Positions 37,261 through 49,603 of a stretch of DNA of 64,000 bases are shown piece after piece (position 1 is the stretch's first letter; each line of letters starts with the position of its first letter). A program made the translations under genes and the position numbers. The notes under the pieces were generated by a model. The model worked only from the letters and a program-made list of their open reading frames with translations. It made no database searches and was not told where the DNA came from. Source of the stretch: Cirrosporium novae-zelandiae (taxonomy: Eukaryota); NCBI GenBank assembly GCA_026023565.1, contig JAPETS010000001.1, positions 558,001 to 622,000 on the forward strand, read 5' to 3'.

Positions 37261-40200
37261 TTACCTAATACCTACGTCCGGGTCCTTATCCCCCCCGTAT
37301 CCGGGTTCTACCCACCCCTAATCCAGGTATATCTCACGATTTTCCGTTTCGTATTTGGCCCAGGACTGGGGCTTCCCTATCTCCGTATTACTCAAAAAAC
37401 GCATCCAATTTTTAAAGAATTTTCGGTTTTTTAATACGAATATTAGTTTTTTTTTTTCGATTATACTAGATTACTGATTTTTTTATTTTTCTATTATTTC
37501 CCGTAACTGGGTTTTAACCGTTTTTTAGCGCGGGTATATTAATATTAAATAAAGAACGTTTTAATATAAAACCCCGTATTATTAATATTCCGGAATAATA
37601 ATAATTTTCGTACGATATATATATTTTTCGGTAACGGCGTGCCCCGTTTTTATTTGATAAAATCTATTTATCAATTTTTTAGGCGCGTATTTTAGTACCC
37701 GATCTTTTTTATATTTCGGGTATATTCGATACGGTTTATCGGGCGATTTTTTTATTTTTTAATTGCGTAATTAATTATACGTTTTTATTACCCGTTTTTC
37801 AATTATATTACGGATTATATAAATTAGCGAGATTTATTCGATTATTTTATTATTTTTTAGTATTATATTTATTTTAATCGTTTAATTTATTATTTCGTTT
37901 TTTAATACCCCGTAATATTCTAGGATCTATTTAATAGCGATTTTCGTTTTTTGATTTATTAAATATTTAATATATTCGTATATTTTTTATACGATCGTTT
38001 AATTTTTTTTTAATTTTTTTTTTTCGATCCGTTTAATAGCCGTTTGCGAATTAAATAATACTACTATTTTTTTTTGGAGGGTTTTATAATTATTCGGGTA
38101 CGCCTTAACCGCTATTTATAGGGCCGTTTACGCTCCCTAAAATTTTGTATCGAATATTTTTTTATTTTAATTTAGATAATATTTCCGTATCGTTTATAAA
38201 ATTTTTTCGGTTATTTTTTAGATTATTTCCGTTTTTATTTTACGGTTTTTTAGTCTAAATCCGTCCGATTAATATACGTTTTTTTAATTCTGCGTTAGCG
38301 TTTCGCTAAAGGCCTATTATTTTAGAAATATTATTATTTTTTTTAAAAATCTATTTTTTTTCGGTTATTTAGGTTTTTTCGATTTTAAAATTCGGATTTA
38401 TTATTTTTTAGATTATCGTTATAATTAAATATTAATTTAACGTATTTTTTTTAGATTTCTAAATTTATTAGAAATTTTTTAACGGTTATTTTTTTAATTA
38501 AACGTTTGCGTTTTTTATTTTAAATATTATCGGTAATATTAGGTTCGTTAGATTTTTTTCGGTTTTTTAAAAATACCGAAATCTATATTTTTTTTGCGTG
38601 GTATTTAATATTACGTTTATAAAATATATATAGATTTTTTATATAACCGCTGTTATTAGGGTTATTTTATAAATTTCCGTTATTAATTTTATAAACTTAT
38701 TCAGCAGTTTTTGAAATTTTATTTAGTACCCGATCTGTTTTTTCCACCAGATTTCGTATCCGTATATATAGATTGATATTATCGTCGCTACGACTATCTG
38801 GCGCGTAAGCCCCGTAGATAGCCCGTTTCGGTAATATATATATTTAATTGCGCTTTCCGCGCGTTTAGCCTTGATTAAACGCTAGGCGTAATAGATTTAG
38901 AAATTAAGTTTTGGATCTAATTATATATTTAATTACCGTACGTAATTTTTTTTATATTCGATCGGGTAATTATCGATCCTAATTTTCGGTTTCGTATTTA
39001 TTTAAATTTAATATTTACGTAATCTAAAAAACGTTATAATCTCAGTTTTTTGGGCGTCGAATTCTAGTTTATTTTTATTTTTTTATTGAACCGCCGTTTT
39101 CGCTGTTTATTAGATAATTTTCTAGGTTTATTTATTATTTATATAGATGGTCGAGAAACTCACGTCGTCCACGAATAATAGAGTTTTGACCCTAAAAACC
39201 GCCTGTTTTACGGCTGCGAATAGCCCGCTGCAATATATTAGAAATAATATTGGGGATACAAGTGATTTTTATAGTACCCCCGTTTCTATATTGATTCGGG
39301 ATTATATTTTTCTATCGATTATTAATTCGATATTTCGTTGGATTATAAAATTGGTTATTTATTTAATAATATTTTTATCGATTTTTAATTATTTTAAACG
39401 TTATATTAATTTAAATCGTAATATATAATTAAACGTTTTTTTTACGTTTATAAATAAAATATAAATTATTTATTTTCGATTAAATCTTTTTTTTATTCGA
39501 TATATTAAATACGTAAACGTATCGATTATATTCCGATTATATTTTAATCTAAATTAATTTTTATATAATTTATTTAGATTTTTATATATATCCGTTAACG
39601 CGTTAATTATAATTTTTTCGATTATTTTATTTAAATAATATAATAAATTTATTATTCTATAATTTTTAATTAATATTTTGTCGGTTTTTCCGGGTTTAAA
39701 TAATAATATTCCCCAGATATATTTCTATTGCGTCGGGTGATACTCTAACCGGAAATAATATCGGATTATCCCCGTTATTTTACAGAAATCCTATTATTAT
39801 AATATACGGAACGTTCTAAATTAGATTCCGTTATATTTTAAAATTTTATTCGTATTTTGTATATATAACGTTTTTCGTATTATTTTCTCGGATAATTATT
39901 GGGCGAATATTTTTTTTATCGGAAACCGAGGTTCGGGGCTTTTTAGAAATAGCGGAAAAACTCGTTTCCGTATAAAAATTTTTTTATTTTTAGTTTCTAC
40001 CGCTACCCTCCCGTTTTTTATACGGAACGCCGGTATCGGATTTCGGTTTTAGGGTTTACAATATTTTAATTTTTCCGTAAATTCGGCGTTTTTATTTCGT
40101 TTTTTTAAATATTATATAGTACTCGTATTTTTTAACGATATATTCGGGGTCCTACTACGTTTTCGACCAGGCGTACACCCGTTTAGATTTTACGTATTTA

Positions 40201-41156
40201 TCTAGAATAACCTTTAATTAGGTAATAATCCTTTATACCTCGTTTTTCAGCTATATTTCCGTACAATTTGCGGCTAATATACCCCTCGCAATTAATTAGG
40301 ATTCCTATTCTTATTTCGTTTTAGTTTATTGTTAGGGGTTTTCCAACGGTTTTAAATCCTACGAATTCGGGATTAGCTGGTCTATTTTTGGGCGGTGACC
40401 CCCCTATTCGAATTAAATAAAGACGTGGTCTGAATTAATTCTTAATTTATTATTTACGTTATCGATTACCACGTTTATTAATTATTTCTGAAACAGTTTT
40501 ATAACGGGGTTAATTATTATCAAATTAATTATTAAATAACGAACTGATTTTTTTCCGAATCAAATATTTTGGGCGGTATCGTTCTATATAATTAAACCCT
40601 ATTTTTTTATAAACGTTATTAGAGGCGCGTTATCCACGTAAATAGCCCGTTCGGGTTTTTATATTAGATTATAAATATTAAAATTCTCTATTAATATTAT
40701 TTTATTTTTATTAAAAATAGGTTTTTATTTTATATTTTATAAGATTTTTTTAAATTTTTACTATCGGCTTTATTTTTAGAAATATACGTTTTTTAATTTT
40801 TGGTCGTAAACGTTAATTATCCTGACCGGGTTTTCTGTTTTTCCGCCTGCGTTTATTATACTGATATCCAGCGCTATAAAATAAAAATAATTAATCAGAT
40901 CGATTTTTGCGATTATTCTAAATACGTTATTTTTTCGGTTTTTGCGTATAATAATAACCGTTTTTACGATTTTATTCTCCGTTTAGGCCCCTAATTCGGG
41001 CTAATAAAAATTCTACGCCGGATATAATATTCTTCCCCCTAATTTTTGGCCAGGTTTCTGTAATAATATTATATCCGTTCCGGTTTATATAACCGATTTT
41101 AGGGTTACGATTATTATATCGTATTTTTTATAATAATTATATTATAATATTTTTAT
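37261..41156 (-). pseudogene. LINE ORF2 (AP endonuclease, reverse transcriptase, RNase H, C-terminal CCHC finger)
   Basis: IL*YNY (LQHNC), DIILLQKP (QEP) ~41060, RIINVYDQ ~40810, SDH ~40428, GVL*KSLVSPILF (GVPQGSP) ~39260, FVDD 39164-39175, Y*SDGFR (DGS) ~38265, IFDTK (FDAE), KTGHA ~37640, FLSNTEIG ~37385. Confidence 0.9.
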
Positions 41157-43077
41157 TTATAATTCGGATATATCGCTATCTATCTACGATACGGGTATTA
41201 CCGATATTTTCGGTATTATCGATATTTCGGGTATTATTTACGTTTTTTCCCCCGTTTTTTTCTGGGGTTCGGGAGTTTTTAGTCTTTAATTAAGGTTTTT
41301 TAGATTTTTTTTTTTTTTTAGAGGGATTAATACGTAAAACGATTATATAACGTTTTTTCGGCGTTTTTTTTTCGTATATTCTGTTTTTGTTTTTCGGGTA
41401 GCTGGGTATTTTCCGTCCGTGGCTATATAGGGGCCTAAACAGTTTATATATTTCAATAGGATATATATATAAACCCCCGTGTACGCGGGCTTGTATTCTG
41501 CTATCCGATACCGGTGGTTTTGCGTTTCGTGTATTTCCGCGTATATAATATATTTAGGGGCTTTATCCCTATATTCCAGGAATAATTTATACCTTAATTG
41601 GGCGCACCTTAGGCACGTTTTATTTATTTTTAACGTGAATTATCGGGTGTATCGAAATCTACGTCCCGTTAAATAATAGTTTTCGATTCTTTATTTTTCG
41701 TATATTATAAACGGGAGTTTTATTTTGATCGAGATAATATATTTCCCTAATATAAATCTAGTTCGTACCCGTTTCTGATAATATTTCTCCGGTGTTATTT
41801 ATACGATTACCGTGTCGCGGGATAATTAATAAATATTTTCTAGATTTTTTTTTATTAGATTTAATCTATTTAGATCTTTAAATATTTTTAAAAATATTTT
41901 TTGTATTTTTATCTAATATAGGGTTTTTAATAAACGTATATTTATTATCGCGTTATTTATTTTCGTTACGGTTTCTAGAATTTTTTGTTTATATTTAAAT
42001 ATTAATATATTCGTATTAATTTTTTTATCGAGCGTAGTTTTTAAATTGTTTTTTTTATTAATATAAGTTTCCCGTATCCGTAGTTCAGATGGTACGTTTA
42101 AATCAATTAATTTAGTGTTGATCGCCGTTATTACTGATACCGTAAAACCCGAATATTCGGTTTTTTTTTTATTAAAAATCAGTATTTTTTAGTTTTTAGT
42201 TTTTGTGTCCCCGTCTACGGAACCAGTGCGTTTTTTTTTACGGGGTTTGATTATTTACTATTTTTTATTAGGCTTATCTACCATTTTACTGGTTATTTTA
42301 ATATAAATAAACCCCGTAGATTCCGGCGTTATTTTTACAAAAATCTATTTCGGGGCCTTCGGTGCCAGCGGTAGGATCTCCTGTCTGATTATTTTTACCG
42401 TCTATTAGGGGCCTTTCTGGGTTTTTTTATCCGTCTATATTATTATCCGCGTGTTAGGTACTTGCGATCCGGCTGTTATACCCGCTCGGGGTATTATTAG
42501 GGGGGATATTACCCTTTTTTTTTTTATTACCCGTTCGGGCCTAATTACCGGGATTATATAATCCCTATTTACAGAGTTTTCCGCCCCGTTATATATAATT
42601 TCTGCGGCCTCCACCCGGGCCTATAATACCTGGATTATTGTTATAGCTGTTTCCCTAACTATTAGAAACTCTTATTTAATCGCGTATAATTTTTTCTGGC
42701 TTTTTTTTTTGGGCCTCTATAGCCTTATTGCCTCGCTTTTCCAGGGCGATTATTCGGGTTTTCAGACCGAAAAATATCTCCCGTAACTATACCGTAAAAT
42801 CGTCGGTTTTTAAAACCTGGTATATTTTCTCCCCGATTACGGGAAATATACGTATTATTATATATTTAACCGTTTGCTCGATTAGAATATCCTAGTTATT
42901 AATCTATTTTTTTTTAAGATTTTTTTTTTCTCGTAAAATCCTTCGACGACGTTTTTCCGTCTGGTCGTTTTTTTTCTGGAATAGAGATCGTAATACCGAA
43001 TCGCTAGATTTTATTATAAAATTTTGCCCCGGTTCGTTCGATTCGTTTTTTAGGCGCTATCGTTTTTTCGTGTCCAT
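41157..43077 (-). pseudogene. LINE ORF1 (gag-like, zinc knuckles)
   Basis: Starts MDTKKR*RL. Cys/His knuckles at ~41405-41615: CLRCAQLR[Y]KL, K[Y]II[Y]AEIHETQNHR[Y], K[Y]INCLGP[Y]IATDGK[Y]PA, where the Y codons are single transitions from C or H codons. Confidence 0.82.
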
Positions 43078-43301
43078 CTGGTTCTCGCTAACGGTACGTA
43101 TTCTTTCAGCCCCCGATATTTCCCCACTGCTGCTAAACTTTATAGGCTTTAAATAAGCGTTAACTGCTTCGTATGACGGTCGTCACAATAGTGAATTGAT
43201 TTGGTGGCGCGGGGTCACCAAAAAACGTTTTGTCTTCGTTCTTTGTATAATAATAAAAGTACCCTAAAAGGAAAATCCCCCAGCGAGGACGCTGGCTTTT
43301 T

Positions 43302-43313
43302 GAAGGGGGGGGA
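43302..43313 (+). promoter_or_regulatory. Polypurine tract of the LTR element
   Basis: GAAGGGGGGGGA directly upstream of the 3' LTR. Confidence 0.85.
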
Positions 43314-43315
43314 CC

Positions 43316-43466
43316 TGTTACGGTTCCCTTTTAGGTTAGATTATTAGGGTATAGACCCTAGGCTCACCTTATAAGGTGAGCCTCCTCCCTAGCCTAGACA
43401 ACCAACCAACCTAGATATCACCCAAATCAGAACCTTAGGCATTGCATGACCTAGGGTCCCCTGACA
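43316..43466 (+). repeat. 3' LTR (151 bp)
   Basis: TGTTACGG...CCCTGACA followed by TSD AAACT. Confidence 0.95.
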
Positions 43467-43700
43467 AAACTAAACCCTAAATTCTACCTCCACTCACCCA
43501 CTCACCCTCCCTCACTCACTCCCTCCCCCACACCCCACTCCAACATCCTATTAACATCCAATATCCATTTTAAGACATAACCATAGACATAGACATAGAT
43601 ATCAAAAATAAAAATATTTCCACCATCATCAAAGGGCGAGGTGCAGGCGCAGGCGTAAGTCCCCAAGGCGTGATGAAGGTGGTGATGGGACTGGTGGTAC

Positions 43701-43745
43701 TATGTATGTATGTATGTATGTATGTATGTATGTATGTATGTATGT
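43701..43745. repeat. (TATG)n microsatellite
   Basis: About 11 perfect units visible. Confidence 0.95.
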
Positions 43746-43865
43746 GGAGAAGGTGGGGAAGTATGGGGTAGTAAGTAGTGTTGATATAAAAAAATTCAAT
43801 CAAGTCGAGGAAATACATACATACACACATTTACACAAAAAGAAAACACAAGCCAGACCAATAAT

Positions 43866-44277
43866 TATATAAGACTACCTACGGTGTTGCAGGTAGTCTA
43901 GAGGGAGACTTATAAGTAAGGCCGCACATGAAGAAAAAAAAACTAGTCTATAAAAGATAAGGAGGGGGAAAGGGGGATAAAAATATGGCAATATATTCTA
44001 GATTTACTACTACTAAAAGAGTTTCTTCGTAAGAAGAAGACCGGTCGTCGCAACTATATAATAGAAAAATTCTTTGCGTGGTACTGTACTACTATCTATC
44101 TGTGGCTTGATATCATTGTTGTTGAGCTTACCATAGAATATATCTTTATTCTTTTTTATATAGACTAAATTGTTCTTTTCTTTTCATTAGATATCTACAA
44201 GGAAACCTACCAAGGATTAGCTAACTAGGTTACGATAGCGTGGGTAGCGGAATATAAGTCTATGCGTTGCTCATACA
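43866..44277 (+). mobile_element. Degenerate interspersed repeat, possibly a solo LTR of a second family
   Basis: 43868-44090 is co-linear with the reverse complement of 45247-45398. The ends TATATAAG...CTCATACA are compatible with a RIP-altered TG...CA inverted terminus. The right boundary is uncertain. Confidence 0.5.
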
Positions 44278-44598
44278 TATAATAATACATAAATATCATC
44301 CAATAATACTAATAATATCTACAGTAGAATAACAAACTACTGAAAACCTGATTTTTTTCCCCTTTTCTTTCCTTCTGCTATAATAATAATAAGCAGAGCT
44401 CCTCATTTTTTTTTATCTATGACGGCGGCGGTTTCCTCTTCGTCTCTTCTTCTCGCGTCATCTTCCTTAATGCTTCCCCGCACACTTGGTCTGAATGCCT
44501 TGACCGACCCTTCTCCTTCTAGATATCTCCCCCTCCACCACCCTTCTTTCCTTTATTATAGAAATAAATTCGGGGTTTTGGGGGAAATTAGGGGGTCG

Positions 44599-44627
44599 GT
44601 GTGTGTGTGTGTGTGTGTGTGTGTGTG
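44599..44627. repeat. (GT)n microsatellite
   Basis: Directly visible. Confidence 0.95.
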
Positions 44628-44755
44628 GAATGATAGATAATGAAAAGGAGGATACTGGAGAGTAGGGTGGGAATTTTTTGGTATATCTCATTCATTGTTG
44701 GAACTAATAAAAAGCTGATGATGCCTCGTCCCACAATTCGTCTGTAGGTTTGTTC

Positions 44756-45243
44756 TCAGGCTTGTTTGCTTTTTATTAGGTCAAGCATTCGTGTTAGGAT
44801 ATTTTTTCTTCCCTTAGACGGGTTTCCCTCTTTAACTTGTCTGGTTTGCATATTGCCTTCGAGATGTCTTTCAAGGAGATCGATGATATCTTGATGTAGA
44901 TGTTGCTTGACCATCCGGAGCGCCTCTGGGATTTCTTGTGTGTCGCTGTCAAGCAACAATCTGACGATTTCTGTGTAGCCATATTTTGAAGATTAATAGC
45001 AGCGCCTTTGTCAAGCAGTAATTTGACGATTTCTATATGGCCACGTATTGAAGTAAAAGATAGCATACTCATATTCCAATTATCCTGGATATTGATATCA
45101 GCGCCGTCGTCAAGCAGTAGTCTGACAATTTCTGTATGTTCATCTCTCGAAGCCATAGATAGCGCACGTACATCCTATTTATCCTGAGAATTGACATTAG
45201 CACCTCTATCCAGCAGCAATTTGACAGTTTCTGTGTTGTGCCA
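44756..45243 (-). pseudogene. Ankyrin-repeat coding remnant
   Basis: TETVKLLLDRGANVNSQDK*, EHTEIVRLLLDDGADINIQD, GHIEIVKLLLDKGAAIN, then a frame change to GYTEIVRLLLD; in-frame TAG near 45176. Confidence 0.82.
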
Positions 45244-45246
45244 AAC

Positions 45247-45398
45247 GTACACTACGCAGGAATTCTATAGTTGCGACCTTCTTACGAAGAAAAACTCTTT
45301 AGTAGCAATCTATTGCATATTCTATCCCCCTATCTTGCAGACCAGTTCTCTTCTCACGCGTAGCGTACAACCCCCTAGACTGCGGTAGCAGTCTTACA
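45247..45398 (-). mobile_element. Truncated repeat fragment with TGTAAGAC terminus inserted between the protease and ankyrin remnants
   Basis: Shares ordered blocks (TAAGACT, AGTCTAG, AACTRGTCT, CTACTAAAGAGTTT, CTTCGTAAGAAG, GTCGCAACTATA) with 43868-44090. Confidence 0.6.
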
Positions 45399-46753
45399 GA
45401 TATCTCTGCATTGGTGATAAACGTTCCATAGTCGCCCACGGCCCCCTATAAAAAGTAGACGGGAAAAGTTTTCTAGATATTAAGCCGTCAATAATTGCTG
45501 CATTGATATTGCGAGCTTGAGTAAGATGCAAATGATAATTCTTCAACTATACCTGCAGGCCAGTTTCTTTCGAATTTGATATTTTGTTCAGTGTAGGAGT
45601 CAAAAAATAATAGCACCCAGTCAAGACCATCTGTTGTATTGAGTGAGGGATAAGCAACATTCCCAACCAACGGGTATGTCGAACATGATTTGGAACTTTA
45701 GTCCAAACTCAATGCCAAGGATTGTTGTATGTCCGTTCCAGATTCACACAGAATTACTATCTGAAGGGAAAGGAGATTATAACATTCCTACTGCTATGAT
45801 CAGATTCAGATTCATCAGAGTCGTAAAAACGAAATCCATCATTAGGCTCGATGTTAGAGTCACTAGAGTTTTGAGAGATATCACTGGGCTCTGGATTTCA
45901 ATAGATGAGCAACAGTAAGCCTAAAAATATTGTCACGAGAGTCGGTCTTGCCGCCGTTGATAGTTACGAAACCAGATAGTATAGCCTTATAGCTTCCTTC
46001 CAAAGATGAGCCGCTTGCAAGCACCGAGTCCGAAGGCATAAAAAGGATCTTCAATGAGAGTATAGACTTAGAACCATCCTAAACCTGGTTTGAAGTATCA
46101 ACTGCAACCCCAACCAAGGGTTCTCCTAGGGATCACGCCAATTATATCTTGCTTGGAGGGCATGGGCTTTCAGCAAATTTAACTTCGCGATAGGGCTTAA
46201 AGATATTATCTTCTTCTTTGATTAAACCAATTATCTTTCTTCGGAGAGGTATATTTTTTGAAATTACCAAAAGGGTAGGTCGCGCATCGCCAGGGGTCTT
46301 TCCGATCATAAACATCGGAAAGGTTGTTCTTTCTTCAGTATTGCCGCAATCTGCTAGTTCTCCTCGATGTATCGTCAATAGGTTAGCCACCTTGGGTCCA
46401 GTAACTTGTAAAATCTCTACAGCATGTCCTTTCGGCCACCAACAAGAGTTTCCTCCAAGCTCACCCATCTTTTCACCAACAGAATCTAACCAATTAGGTT
46501 GGCAAGGCATGGGTATGATTCGTGGTCCATTACTTGAAGTCTGTTCCTCGGAAATTTTTATAGGAACTGATGGGTTCATCTGTATTCCACTTAGTCCCTG
46601 GCCCCCGGTGCTGTTCGGTGCCATAACAGTGGAAATGCCTTGAGGAGCTGTTCCGGTCGTAGAAAGGCCACTGGTAGACTCTTCTTGGGTCTCAGCCATG
46701 ATATCAGTAGCCAGATGATTCTGTTCTGAAACTGGCGCTTTTGTAACCACCAA
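45399..46753 (-). pseudogene. Decayed chymotrypsin-fold (PA clan) protease-domain gene
   Basis: FMIGKTPGDARPTLLV in the N-terminal part, AILSGF (ATLGG-like) ~45975, LTVAH 45905-45919, LDWVLL 45608-45625, GD[Y]GT 45422-45436; multiple stops. Confidence 0.62.
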
Positions 46754-49603
46754 GAATTTTATGAGACGCTTAATTTAATCAATAACGGTCGTAAACAGTT
46801 TAAGTATATCCTTAGCTGAATCAGTCTTCCTAGATGAAGACCTTGGTTCTAGTTTTAACACGTTGGTCGTTGAGCCCACTGCTCACATACACAAAGGACT
46901 AAGGTATGGTATGATTTAGAGAGATATTCTCGACAAGCGGGCTCTTGAGATGCTGGGTTCGGTCTTAGAACTAAAAGGCCTCGCAAAGATAAAATTGATA
47001 GATATAGCGGCAATTATCTGATCATAGATCTACTAGAATAAATATAACGTTGTTTTTGAAGCCGCAATATTTACTGTAGTGGAAGACGAGGTTTAAACAG
47101 GGCTTGAATGACTAGAAGGAAGTGTTCAGATTAAGGATGTGTGGAGATCAGAGTAAAGAGGTGTGGTGGGAGTGGGATTTTGGGTAATGCAATGAAGAGG
47201 GGGCTTGAATCTGCAACCAATACAAGAATTTGAAAATCTACTTACCTGATAACTCAGCTATTTAGGCTTACCATACGTGATATCAAGGCCCAAGGGAGAC
47301 TGTAAATATAAAGTTAAAATTATTTCATGGCTTGGAGGATGAAATAACTGATTGTATCATTGATCTTGCTGTCGTGTATGGTTGGTGATAAATATGCGGC
47401 TAGGGGGTGTCGTGTGGATATGGCATAGTGAGTGAAAGGAGGGGATGCTATCGGAGCTATATATATATCGTATGTTGTATAGAATTCTTCTGAGATTGCA
47501 AAGGTTGGACGGTTGGATATGGGTGTAGATAGGGATGTAGAGAGGTGATTGGTTGGCTAGTAAGGATATATGTTTTTGGAGACCAAGTGCGTAGTTTCAC
47601 GATGACAGTTCATTGCTGCAATGTCCTGCAATATCATCCTGGTGTGTGAGTGTTTCATGAATGACAAAGGCAAAATACCTAAGGTCCCCAATGAAGTATC
47701 CCGGCCTCCTTTGAATGTTATCATGTTCATCCATTCAGATCCTCCATTCCACAGTCAGGTAAAAAACAAGAGCGTCATACCACTGAAGCCGGTATGCAAT
47801 AGCCAAGGCCTAGGGTGAGCAAAGAAGGGGGAGCTCGTAATGTATTGTATGTGTATACGGAGTTAGGATGTGAAAAGTGAACTTGGTTGACAAAGGCGTT
47901 TGAAGGCTGCTTGCACTGCATCTGTCTTTGGAATCTCCTGTGATGCAATATCTAGGTGTGCTTGTTGAATGATAATCTACCCTTCTCTTGTCTTTAATGT
48001 AGCGAGTACACTACCTTCATTCCTCCCATTACGTCCTATAATTCTCCACGGTGTCCCGATTTTAGTTGGAAGGCAACTCGTCCTCAATATTATTGTCTTT
48101 CTTTCATAATATCCACTCAGATCTTATTCTGTCAGACAGCTAGGAAAAACGGAGGTCTCCTGTCTGAGGCCGTTCCCTATGTAATAAAAATATATGATAT
48201 CAGTCGGCTAGAGATGGCGCCCACCTTCAAATTCCTCTACCGTGGCTAATGTAGTCCGTCCTTGGATATTCTAATGCGTCGATAGAGCTATACTCATGTA
48301 GGAGGCGGAACACGGTGGTGATACTAAATATCTTTGCTGGAGGTAGTAGTATATGTATAGATGGCTGAATAAGAACGGAAATGGATGTCAAAATATTTGC
48401 TAGGCTGTTTTTGCCTCGTCTCCAAAGACATTAATGTCATCCGCCTTGCTGAAATCCGGTTGTATGAACCCAGACTTTTCTATACGGCGTTTTCACGTGG
48501 TAATAGAACCTAGGGTTATACTCATGGCTGGTTATCTAGACCTAAGCTCAAACATTACTATTGTGCCTCTTCAGTCTGTAAACTTCTCAGAAGTTCTCAC
48601 CTGTAAGCCAGCATACTCTTCCCAAAACTATTTCAATAGGCCAAGCTTGCAGTTCAACCTAGAGACGTCCATTTGAAATAGGGGTTGTCGTACGGTTTGT
48701 AGTAATCTTTTAACATCAAAAGATGGCCAGAATTCTAATTGGAGATGTTCTGAGTGCAAATAAGTAGTGTCGTGGTCTGGGACTTGTATAAGCTCTCCGA
48801 AAAGAGGTAGAGGATCTCTTCAAGCCCGGATCACCGTCGCCCCCATTACAAGTCGATCCCCACCCCTCGTCTCCCAAAGTCCCGCCCCGCCAACCGCCCC
48901 GCCAACCCCCCTCCAGATCAAACCTTACTTCTCACCGTCTCCCCTATAGGTCCTTTCACGGTATCCAAGTATCCTAATACAATCCAACCCATTAGATTCC
49001 GGCAACTGCTATCGATTCCGTTAGAGCTCAACTGGCAACCTATTCACTTCTATTGATTTTCGATATATGCTCAACTACGTAGTTGATTATATAGTCGACA
49101 TATTATTGATTTACCCAACCTGCCAGCGTTTGTTGCTATCAGAGATTTCACGTCTAGGCTTTGCATGGTTGAGGGAATACTGATGTATCATGCCAGCTGG
49201 TAGCCTTCTCTTCATTCATCTGCTTCACTGTGAGACCCACCCAGCCTGGAGCATAAGTATGGGTCATTTCCCCAGCCTTGAAGGTCTTTTTTCCTTCTCC
49301 AGCACACTTCTGTTGGTTACCCTTCTCAGTGAGTTTACTCCTCGGTGTTTTCAGTGTGTCTTCTTGAGTTTCTTGCTTCGCTTTGCTCTTGTTTCGCTTT
49401 TGACTTTTTCCTTTTGGCTTTTGGCTTTTCCATGTTTCGCGTTCTTGTTCCCTTTCCTTACCTCATTGTTATATAATACTTACCTTACTTTATTTATATA
49501 TTTCTTATTTCTCGTCTCTTCTCTTCTCTTCTTTCTTTCTTTCTTTTCTTCTTCTTATATAATTTACCCTTCACTTCACCAATATATACTTACTTACCTT
49601 ACT

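Larger units (their letters stand above)
36934..43241 (-). mobile_element. Full-length Tad1-type LINE (non-LTR retrotransposon), RIP-inactivated, nested in the LTR element
   Basis: 13-bp TSD TTTGTATAATAAT at 36921-36933 and 43242-43254; (ATC/ATT)n-type 3' tail near 36934-36950; ORF1 and ORF2 motifs read by manual minus-strand translation. Confidence 0.92.
29482..43466 (+). mobile_element. Full-length Ty3/gypsy chromoviral LTR retrotransposon, RIP-inactivated, carrying a nested LINE
   Basis: Two 151-bp TG...CA LTRs; 5-bp TSD AAACT at 29477-29481 and 43467-43471; PBS-like and PPT sequences; PR-RT-RH-IN-chromodomain order. Confidence 0.95.

Noticed and set aside
39147..41676. Plus-strand ORFs 39147-39428, 40800-40994 and 41479-41676
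   Set aside because: They are antisense shadows of the LINE ORFs with I/F/Y/N-biased composition.
29640..43300. AT-rich block as a NUMT, foreign DNA or a region with an alternative genetic code
   Set aside because: LTRs, TSDs and retroelement motifs with transition-derived stops explain it as RIP-mutated transposons.
36750..43300. Giant LTR element with an extra env-like or captured antisense gene
   Set aside because: The extra 6.3 kb has its own TSD, tail and LINE ORF1/ORF2 motifs, so it is a nested insertion.
43471..43480. TAAACCCTAA telomere-like motif next to the 3' LTR
   Set aside because: Single unit, no tandem array.
45378..45389. Plus-strand DCGS as the protease nucleophile motif
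   Set aside because: Wrong strand relative to the His and Asp motifs, and it lies within the inserted repeat. The in-frame candidate is GD[Y]G at 45425-45436.
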